Assembly: GCA_026692665.1 (NCBI GenBank)
Contig: JAPLOF010000028.1
Span: 4,708 to 68,707 of the forward strand
DNA length: 64,000 nt
Reading direction: 5' to 3'
Source of the DNA: Planctomycetota bacterium
Lineage (GTDB): Bacteria; Planctomycetota; UBA1135; GCA-002686595
The notes under the pieces were generated by a model. The model made no database searches, was not told the DNA's origin, and saw nothing but the letters and a program-made list of their open reading frames with translations. Position numbers and translations under genes: made by a program. Positions 57,359 through 64,000 of this stretch are shown here, piece after piece (the first letter of the stretch is position 1; each line of letters starts with the position of its first letter).

Positions 57359-59683
57359 ATGGGCGGGGAGAAGAGAGAGACGGCGCGGTTGCCGTTCGCG
57401 GAGCCGGACGTCGAGGTTCCCGAGCGCGACGTGGCCGCCGCAGAGCCGGCGCAGCCCGCCGGTGTCGCCTACAGGGCTTTCGCCGACGTCGCGCTGAACC
57501 GCCCGGTCCGCACACAGTTCACGTACGCGGTCCCGGAGGAGTTCGTCGCCAGCGTCGCACCGGGCGTCCGCGTCGCGGTCCCTTTCGGACCCCGCCGCGA
57601 GGTCGGCGTCGTCACGGCCCTGCGCGCCGAGGGGCCCGCGCGCGGCAAGGTGCGGCCGATCGCGGCGGTGCTCGACGAGGAGCCGATGATCGACGCGAAG
57701 CTCGTCGAGCTCGCGCGCTGGATGGCCGCCTACTACGGCTCGTCGTGGGGCGAATCGCTCTCGGCGATCCTGCCGTCGGCGCTGAAGCGCGAGGGCGGCG
57801 CGCGCCGCGTCCCGTGGATCGCGGCCGCGGACGGAGTCGGTGTCGACCAGTTGGCCGAGATCGAGTCGTCGAACCCGCGACACCACCGCCTGCTCCGCAC
57901 GCTGGTCGACCTGGCTTCGCCGATCGACATGCGCGAAGTGTGCAAGCGCGTGAACCTCTCGGTCGCGTATGCGCAGTGGCTCGTGAAGAAGGGTCTCGCG
58001 CGCGTCGAGCTGCACGAGGTCGCCACGGACCCGCTGGCCGGTCCGGCACCGGGACGCGAGCGACCCGCGCAGCTGTCGGCGGACCAGGAGCTCGCGGTCA
58101 CGGCCATCTCCGAGCAGGTCGCGGCCGGGAAGTACGCGACGTTCCTCCTGCAGGGCGTCACGGGCAGCGGCAAGACCGAGGTCTACCTGCAGGCCATCGA
58201 ACGCGCTCTGGCGCTCGGTCGCGGCGCGATCGTGATCGTCCCCGAGATCTCGCTGACGCCCCAGACGGTCGGCTGGTTCCGTTCGCGCTTCGGCCGCATC
58301 GCGATCCTGCACAGTCGCATGGGCGAGGCCCGCCGTCGCGACGAGTGGCTCGCCGTGCGCCGCCGCGAAGTGCGCGTCGTCGTCGGCGCGCGCTCGGCGA
58401 TCTTCGCGCCCGTGCCGGACCTGGGCGTCGTCGTCGTGGACGAGGAGCACGAGCCGTCGTTCAAGCAGGAGTCGACGCCGCGCTACCACGCGCGGGACGT
58501 GGCCGTCGTGCGCGCGCGTGCGGCCGACGCGGTGTGCATCCTGGGTTCCGCGACCCCCTCGCTGGAATCGTGGCACAACGCGCGCACCGGCCGCTACCGG
58601 CACGTGAAGCTCGGTTCGCGCATCGGCACGCGCCCCATGCCGAAGGTCGAGATCGTCGACATGCGCTCGGAGCCGCGCGAGGCCGGGGAAACGCCGCTCT
58701 TCTCGCGGCGCCTGCTCGAGCTCCTGCGCCAGGGCCACGAGCGCGGCGAGCAGTCCATCCTGTTCCAGAATCGCCGCGGTTACGCGCCCGTCCTGTGGTG
58801 CCCCTCGTGCGGCGAGACCGTGCGCTGCGTTCACTGCGACATCGCGCTGACCTTCCACCGGCGCGTCGACCGCGCCGTGTGCCACAGCTGCTGCGAGGAG
58901 ATCACGCCGCCCAAGCAGTGTCCGAGCTGCACCGCGCCCAAGCTGCGATTCCTGGGCGCGGGCAGCGAGCGCGTCGAGGGCGCGTTCGCCCGCCTGCTCC
59001 CCGGCGCGCGCGTGGCGCGCATGGACTCGGACACGATGGTGCGGCGCGAGGACTACGAGGACGTGCTCGACCGCTTCGGCCGCGGCGAGGTCGACGTGCT
59101 CGTGGGCACGCAGATGATCGCGAAAGGGCTCGATTTCCCGCGGGTGACGCTCGTGGGTATCGTCACCGCCGATTCTTCGCTGCACCAGCCCGACCCGCGC
59201 GCGGCGGAGCGCACGTTCCAACTGCTCGCGCAGGTCGCCGGTCGCGCGGGCCGCGGAGAGATCCTCGGTCGCATCGTCGTGCAGACGTCGACGCCCGCGC
59301 ATCCCGCGATCACGTTCGCGGCACGCCACGACTTCGAGGGCTTCGCGGCGGGCGAGATGCGCCTGCGGAAGGAGCTCGGCTATCCGCCGTTCGGACGCCT
59401 GCTGCGCGCCGTCTTCGAGGACGAGGACGAGGCGCGTGCTCAGGAAGGCGCGCGCGCTTGCGCCGACGCGCTGCGTCCCTTCGCGACGGAGGGCGCGGTG
59501 CTGCTCGGCCCCGCGGAGGCGCCGATCGCTCGGCTGCGCGGCCGATTCCGGCAGCACCTCCTGATCAAGGCGCCGGCGGGGTCGCCGGCGCTGGCGAAGC
59601 TGCGCGACCGCCTGCTGGAGTGGTCCGAGGCGAATCCCCGGCCGCGGACCGTGGTGGACGTGGACCCGGCGTCGGTCCTCTAG
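57359..59683 (+). CDS. priA: primosomal protein N' (replication restart helicase PriA)
   Basis: Walker A GVTGSGKT, a DEEH box (VVVDEEHE), a Cys-rich Zn-binding insert (CPSCGETVRCVHCD..CHSC..CPSC) and helicase C motifs. The start may lie downstream of ATG 57359. Confidence 0.92.
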   Translation: MGGEKRETARLPFAEPDVEVPERDVAAAEPAQPAGVAYRAFADVALNRPVRTQFTYAVPEEFVASVAPGVRVAVPFGPRREVGVVTALRAEGPARGKVRPIAAVLDEEPMIDAKLVELARWMAAYYGSSWGESLSAILPSALKREGGARRVPWIAAADGVGVDQLAEIESSNPRHHRLLRTLVDLASPIDMREVCKRVNLSVAYAQWLVKKGLARVELHEVATDPLAGPAPGRERPAQLSADQELAVTAISEQVAAGKYATFLLQGVTGSGKTEVYLQAIERALALGRGAIVIVPEISLTPQTVGWFRSRFGRIAILHSRMGEARRRDEWLAVRRREVRVVVGARSAIFAPVPDLGVVVVDEEHEPSFKQESTPRYHARDVAVVRARAADAVCILGSATPSLESWHNARTGRYRHVKLGSRIGTRPMPKVEIVDMRSEPREAGETPLFSRRLLELLRQGHERGEQSILFQNRRGYAPVLWCPSCGETVRCVHCDIALTFHRRVDRAVCHSCCEEITPPKQCPSCTAPKLRFLGAGSERVEGAFARLLPGARVARMDSDTMVRREDYEDVLDRFGRGEVDVLVGTQMIAKGLDFPRVTLVGIVTADSSLHQPDPRAAERTFQLLAQVAGRAGRGEILGRIVVQTSTPAHPAITFAARHDFEGFAAGEMRLRKELGYPPFGRLLRAVFEDEDEARAQEGARACADALRPFATEGAVLLGPAEAPIARLRGRFRQHLLIKAPAGSPALAKLRDRLLEWSEANPRPRTVVDVDPASVL

Positions 59684-59856
59684 CAGCCCGTTGAAAAAGT
59701 CCCTACTGCGGCTTCGCGGGCGCTCGCGCTGCTGCGTCGGGCTCGTCGGGCCGTGCTCAGCGGCCAGGAAGGGCGCCTCCGCCGTCCCTCCGTCGCCCTC
59801 CTTGCATCGCGAGCGCCCGCTTCGCCTCGCTACGGGACTTTCTCAACGGGCTGCTA
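59681..59856. repeat. 176-bp long imperfect palindrome (23-bp terminal inverted repeats plus 13-bp inner stem), followed by a T5 run
   Basis: TAGCAGCCCGTTGAAAAAGTCCC (59681-59703) pairs with GGGACTTTCTCAACGGGCTGCTA (59834-59856), 22 of 23 positions. An inner perfect stem pairs GCGGGCGCTCGCG (59716-59728) with CGCGAGCGCCCGC (59808-59820). TTTTT lies at 59861-59865. The left arm includes the priA stop codon. Confidence 0.75.
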
Positions 59857-59944
59857 GGCGTTTTTCGCAACGGGGAACGCGAGCGTGGCTAGGCTTGTAG
59901 CGTTCCGCTCCTTTCCGCCGCGTACCGATTCCCGGAGTCCGACC

Positions 59945-62671
59945 GTGCGTCCCACCCTCGCAGCCCTCGCGGTCCTCGTCCCCTCGGCAGCAGGCCAGCA
60001 GTGCGGTCAGGCGGCCGACGGATTCCACCTGCCGGGCGTGGACGGTTCTGTGTACTCCTCCGTCGTCTGGGACGACGGCACGGGGCCGGCGCTCTACGTC
60101 GGCGGCCGCTTCGGCTCGGTCGGCGGAGTCCCGGCGAGGAGCGTCGCGCGCTGGAACGGCACGACGTGGTCCGACGTCGGAGCCGACATCAGCGGGTTCC
60201 AGGGCTCGTTGGGGACGGTCCACGCGCTCGCGGCACACGCCGGCGCCCTCTACGCCGGCGGCGTGTTCTCGAGCGCCGGCGGATCCCCCGCGTCGAACAT
60301 TGCGCGCTTCGACGGCAGCACGTGGTCCGCGCTGCCCGGCGGCGGAGTGGGCGGCGATGTCTACGCGCTGGCCTCGTTCCAGGGCCAGCTGTACGTCGGC
60401 GGCTTCTTCTCCACCGCGGGCGGAGTTCCCGCGACGCGCATCGCGCGCTTCGACGGGGCGAATTGGAGCTACCCGACGGGCGGCCCCTACAACGGCCAGG
60501 TGTATGCCCTCGAGGTCTGGGACGACGGCAGCGGTCCCAGCCTCTACGTGGGCGGCGGCTTCATCTACCTGGGCGCGATCTTCGGCACGCTGGCGAACAG
60601 CATCGCGCGCTACGACGGATCGAGCTGGAGTCCGCTCGGGATCGGAATGGGCACTCCGGACGGCACGTCCACGGGCGTGGTCGGGGCCCTCGAGGTGTTC
60701 GATTCGGGCACGGGGCCGAAGCTCCACGCCGCGGGTTCCTTCGGCCAGGCCGGCGGGGGACCGGCCTCGAACGTGGCACGGTGGAGCGGGACGAGTTGGA
60801 GCCCCGTCGGAAGCGGAGTGAACGGCACGGTGACCGAACTGCGTGTCCACGACGAAGGCGCGGGGCCGCGACTGTTCGCCGCCGGGTACTTCACAGTCGC
60901 TGGCGGACACGCGGCGCGCAGCGTCGCGCGTTGGAACGGGGCGGCGTGGACGGCGCTCGGCGCCGGCACCGCGGCCCCCGCCGCGATGCTCGAGTCCTAC
61001 CAGGGCGGGCTCGTGGTCGGCGGAGAGTTCCTCGAAGTCGCCGGGCAGACGATGCGCGGGCTCGCGCAGTGGTCGAACTCGGCCTGGGGGCCCGTCGGAA
61101 CCGGCTTCGGGTTGGTGTCGCCCGTCCTCTCCTTCTGCGCGTTCGACTCGGGCGCGGGGCCGCAACTCCACGCCACGGTCGAGGGCGGGCCCATCGCTTC
61201 GAACGGGCCGCCGCGCGTCCACCGCTGGAACGGGAGCGGGTGGACGGTGCTGGGCACAGGCCCCACGTCGGGCCCCGTCGAGGCCTCGGCGGTCCACGAC
61301 GACGGATCCGGACCCGCGCTGTACGTGGCCGGCAACTTCACCGTGATCGGCGGCGTCGGCGCGGTCGGATTCGCGCGCTGGAACGGCAGCGCTTGGAGCG
61401 CGCCGGCCGCCGCGCCTACGTACCAGGTCCGGCGCTTGCGCGTGCTCGACCTCGGAACGGGGCCGGCGCTCTACGCGGCGAACACGATCCTGACGCTGGC
61501 GGACCACGGCGTGCCCACCGGCAATTACGTGTCGCGCTGGACCGGTTCGAGCTGGCAGCCGCTCGGCCCGGCCTTCAGCAACGACGTCGAGGACATCGCG
61601 GTGTTCGACGCCGGCTCGGGGCCGGCGCTCTACGCGACGGGCGACTTCCAGACGAACGGCGGGACGCAGCTCGGCTTCATCGCGCGCTGGGATCCGGTCG
61701 GATCGTCGTGGCTGCCGATCGGCGGCATGAACTCCTCCGGAGCTTCGCTCGCGGTGCACGACGACGGCAGCGGACCGCAGCTCTACGTCGGCGGCTACTT
61801 CTCGGCCGCGGGCGGCGTCCCGGCGAACCGCATCGCGCGCTGGAACGGCTTCGCCTGGTCGGCGGTCGGCGCCGGACTCGGCGCCACGAACCAGCACGTC
61901 GAGGACATGCTCGTCCACGACGACGGCAACGGGCCGCGCCTGTTCGCGACGGGCAACTTCGACCTCTCGGGGTCGCGCGGTCTCGCGGTGTGGGACGGTG
62001 CGCAGTGGAGCCTGTACCAGGGGCTCACGACGCCCGCGACCTTCCCCTCGGTGCCGCAGGCGCGGGCGGGCGTCACGCTGGCCTCGTTCGACGACGGGCT
62101 CGGCAACGGTCCGGACCTGTGGGTCGGGGGCGAGGTCACGAGCCTGGGTGCCGAGGTCGTCGCGAACGTCGGACGCATCGAGGGCTGCGGCGCGCTCGGC
62201 GCGCCGATCTGCCTCGGCGACGGGAGCGGAACGGCCTGCCCGTGCGGCAACGCGAGCCCGGTCGGCGCGAACGCGGGCTGCGTGAACTCGTTCGGTGCTG
62301 GCGGACGACTCGTCGCGCAAGGTGTCGCGAGCATCGGCGACGACACATACGTGCTCGCCGGCTCGTCGATGCCCAACTCGACGGTCCTCTACTTCTCCGG
62401 CACGACGGCGGCGAACGGCGGCGATGGCGTCGTGTTCGGTGACGGCCTGCGTTGCGCGGGCGGCGTCGTGCACCGTCTCGGGACGGTGACGAACGCGGGC
62501 GGGGCCTCGGCGTTGCCTAACCCGGCCAGCACGACGGCGCTCTCGGTGCGCGATCCCGTCGCGGCCGGCGACCAGCGCGTGTACCAGGCCTGGTACCGCA
62601 ACGCCGCGGCCTTCTGCACGAGCGACACGTTCAACCTGACGAACGCCTGGCGTGTGAACTGGTCGCTGTAG
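59945..62671 (+). CDS. secreted protein with 13-14 tandem ~50-aa propeller-type repeats and the shared Cys-rich C-terminal domain (CTD family member 4)
   Basis: GTG 59945 gives the signal peptide (M)RPTLAALAVLVPSAAGQQ; the track start is GTG 59885. The repeat unit is V.AL.V.DDGSGP.LYVGG.F..AGGV.A..IARW(N/D)G..WS.LG.G. The last 153 aa (62210-62671) are CLGDG..CPCGNAS..GCVNS..LYFSG..FGDGLRCAGG..YQAWYRN..FCT..FNLTNA..W-S-L-end. Confidence 0.8.
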   Translation: MRPTLAALAVLVPSAAGQQCGQAADGFHLPGVDGSVYSSVVWDDGTGPALYVGGRFGSVGGVPARSVARWNGTTWSDVGADISGFQGSLGTVHALAAHAGALYAGGVFSSAGGSPASNIARFDGSTWSALPGGGVGGDVYALASFQGQLYVGGFFSTAGGVPATRIARFDGANWSYPTGGPYNGQVYALEVWDDGSGPSLYVGGGFIYLGAIFGTLANSIARYDGSSWSPLGIGMGTPDGTSTGVVGALEVFDSGTGPKLHAAGSFGQAGGGPASNVARWSGTSWSPVGSGVNGTVTELRVHDEGAGPRLFAAGYFTVAGGHAARSVARWNGAAWTALGAGTAAPAAMLESYQGGLVVGGEFLEVAGQTMRGLAQWSNSAWGPVGTGFGLVSPVLSFCAFDSGAGPQLHATVEGGPIASNGPPRVHRWNGSGWTVLGTGPTSGPVEASAVHDDGSGPALYVAGNFTVIGGVGAVGFARWNGSAWSAPAAAPTYQVRRLRVLDLGTGPALYAANTILTLADHGVPTGNYVSRWTGSSWQPLGPAFSNDVEDIAVFDAGSGPALYATGDFQTNGGTQLGFIARWDPVGSSWLPIGGMNSSGASLAVHDDGSGPQLYVGGYFSAAGGVPANRIARWNGFAWSAVGAGLGATNQHVEDMLVHDDGNGPRLFATGNFDLSGSRGLAVWDGAQWSLYQGLTTPATFPSVPQARAGVTLASFDDGLGNGPDLWVGGEVTSLGAEVVANVGRIEGCGALGAPICLGDGSGTACPCGNASPVGANAGCVNSFGAGGRLVAQGVASIGDDTYVLAGSSMPNSTVLYFSGTTAANGGDGVVFGDGLRCAGGVVHRLGTVTNAGGASALPNPASTTALSVRDPVAAGDQRVYQAWYRNAAAFCTSDTFNLTNAWRVNWSL

Positions 62672-62770
62672 ACGCGACCGCGCCGCGCAGTCCGTGCGGC
62701 GAGGGTGGCGCGCCGCACAGCGGCGCCACCACGGTCTGGGAGGCCGTCAGATCGAATTCTCGACGGACGG

Positions 62771-63919
62771 TCAGCGCGCGCCGACCGTCGTCTTCCGGGA
62801 GTTCTCGACGAGCTCGCGGAAACGACGGAAAAGGTGCGCGCTGTCGAGCGGTCCGGGTGCCGCCTCGGGGTGGTACTGCACGCTGAAGACGGGCGCCTTC
62901 GTCGAGCGCATGCCCTCGACCGTGCCGTCGTTCAGGTTCACGTGCGTGATCTCGAGGCCCTTCGGCATCGACGCCGGATCGACGGCGTAGCTGTGGTTCT
63001 GCGAGGTGATCTCGACGCGCCCGGTGACGACGTCGCGCACGGGATGGTTCGCGCCGTGGTGGCCGAAGGGCATCTTGTGCGTCTTCGCGCCGAGCACGAT
63101 CGAGAGGATCTGGTGCCCGAGGCAGATGCCGAAGATCGGCTTGCGTCCGACCAGCTTGTCCACCGCCGCGATCGCGGGCTTCACGGCGGCCGGATCGCCC
63201 GGGCCGTTCGAGAGGAAGATCGCGTCAGGGTCGAGGCCCAGCACGGTGTCCGCGCTGGTCGCTGCGGGCACGACGGTGACGTCGAAACCGTCGTGGACGA
63301 GGCTGCGCAGGATGTTGCGCTTCGCGCCGAAGTCGTAGGCGACCACGCGGAAGCGGCGGCCCTCGATGGGGGACGCGAGGCCGGGGTACGACGTCTCGTA
63401 GCCCTCGCTCCAGGCATAGGGCTCGCGGCACGTCACGCCCGTCGTGAGGTCCCGTCCGTCCGTCGACGGGGTGGCGCGCGCCTTGGTGACCAGCGACTGC
63501 GCGTCCCCGTCGATCGTCGAGACGACGCAGCGCAACGAGCCGTGCTCGCGCACGATGCGGGTCAGCTTGCGCGTGTCGATGCCCTCGATCGCGACGACGC
63601 CGTTGTCCGCGAGCCACTGCGGCAGTGTTCTCGTCGACCGGTGGTTGCTGGCCACCGCCGACATTTCACGCATGACGAAGGCCTCGGCCCAGGCCGCGGC
63701 GCTCTCGGCGTCCTCGTCGGCGATGCCGTAGTTGCCCATGAGCGGGTAGGTCATGATCACGACCTGACCGGAGTAGCTCGGATCCGTGAGGATCTCGTGG
63801 TAGCCCGTCATCGCGGTGTTGAAGACGAGGTCGCCGCCCTTCTCGCCGCGTGCGCCGACGGATCGGCCCTCGAGGACGAGTCCGGATTCCAGCGCGATCC
63901 AGGCCTTGCCACCGCTCAT
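62771..63919 (-). CDS. carA: carbamoyl-phosphate synthase small (glutamine amidotransferase) subunit
   Basis: ATG 63919 preceded by GGAAGGAG. It has the CPSase small-chain N-domain ([20 protein letters not shown]) and a class I GATase with catalytic Cys (GICLGHQ) and HPE. No carB lies directly downstream in this window. Confidence 0.93.
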   Translation of the reverse strand: MSGGKAWIALESGLVLEGRSVGARGEKGGDLVFNTAMTGYHEILTDPSYSGQVVIMTYPLMGNYGIADEDAESAAAWAEAFVMREMSAVASNHRSTRTLPQWLADNGVVAIEGIDTRKLTRIVREHGSLRCVVSTIDGDAQSLVTKARATPSTDGRDLTTGVTCREPYAWSEGYETSYPGLASPIEGRRFRVVAYDFGAKRNILRSLVHDGFDVTVVPAATSADTVLGLDPDAIFLSNGPGDPAAVKPAIAAVDKLVGRKPIFGICLGHQILSIVLGAKTHKMPFGHHGANHPVRDVVTGRVEITSQNHSYAVDPASMPKGLEITHVNLNDGTVEGMRSTKAPVFSVQYHPEAAPGPLDSAHLFRRFRELVENSRKTTVGAR

Positions 63920-64000
63920 CGAGTCGCTCCTTCCGTCCGTCCAGCATGCCGTGCCCCGCCCTGCGCGCGCGCCGCCATGCGCGCCGCCGCGAAGCCGGCT

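Noticed and set aside
39826-59683. ATPase and helicase genes (ftsK, priA) as possible defence-system components
   Set aside because: Both have complete housekeeping architectures and housekeeping neighbours. No nuclease, methylase, TIR, SIR2, Cap or Abi-type partners are present.
59681-59877. Possible CRISPR repeat because of the GTTGAAAAAG-like motif
   Set aside because: The copies are inverted, not direct. There are only two or three, with no regular spacers and no cas genes in the window.
59691-59900. 69-aa ORF between priA and the CTD-family gene
   Set aside because: It lies inside the long palindromic element and its flank. It has no ribosome-binding site and odd composition. The sequence is better explained as structured, repeat-like DNA.

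Overview
This is a 64-kb stretch of a very GC-rich (roughly 70% by eye) bacterial chromosome, densely coding on both strands. I call 53 protein genes and one tRNA (Val-CAC).

Most genes are ordinary housekeeping:
- cdd, ligA, etfBA
- aroF-tpiA-secG-pyrE
- yicC-gmk, coaC and coaB, ftsK, pgeF, rimO, pgsA-pgpA, priA, carA
- a TetR-regulated RND efflux operon
- a DUF1800/DUF1501 pair
- several GT-C-like membrane proteins

I found no rRNA, CRISPR array, transposase, integrase, prophage genes or recognisable defence genes. Many long ORFs in the six-frame track are antisense or read-through artefacts of the high GC content and are rejected.

The strongest unexplained signal is four signal-peptide-bearing proteins (17988-19295 minus, 46533-48197 minus, 48379-51102 minus, 59945-62671 plus). 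Their N-terminal passenger regions are unrelated, but all end in the same ~155-aa cysteine-rich C-terminal domain, with the pattern CxGDG..CPCxN .. GCxNS .. FQG .. FGDGLRCxGG .. YQxWYRN .. FC .. FNxTNG .. W-x-x-end. I cannot place this domain in any named family. One copy sits next to two GT-C-like membrane proteins.

Other second-look items:
- an RND permease fused in frame to its NodT-type outer-membrane lipoprotein
- a motor-less FtsK paralog (4TM region, acidic linker, gamma domain) overlapping the stop of ftsK
- a BacNaV-type voltage-gated channel with a TLEGW filter, translationally coupled to a YceH/DUF480 gene
- coaC and coaB split by a membrane-protein gene
- a 176-bp long palindromic element between priA and one of the CTD-family genes

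Taxonomy cannot be fixed from this window. The gene content would fit a Planctomycetota-like or Myxococcota-like organism.
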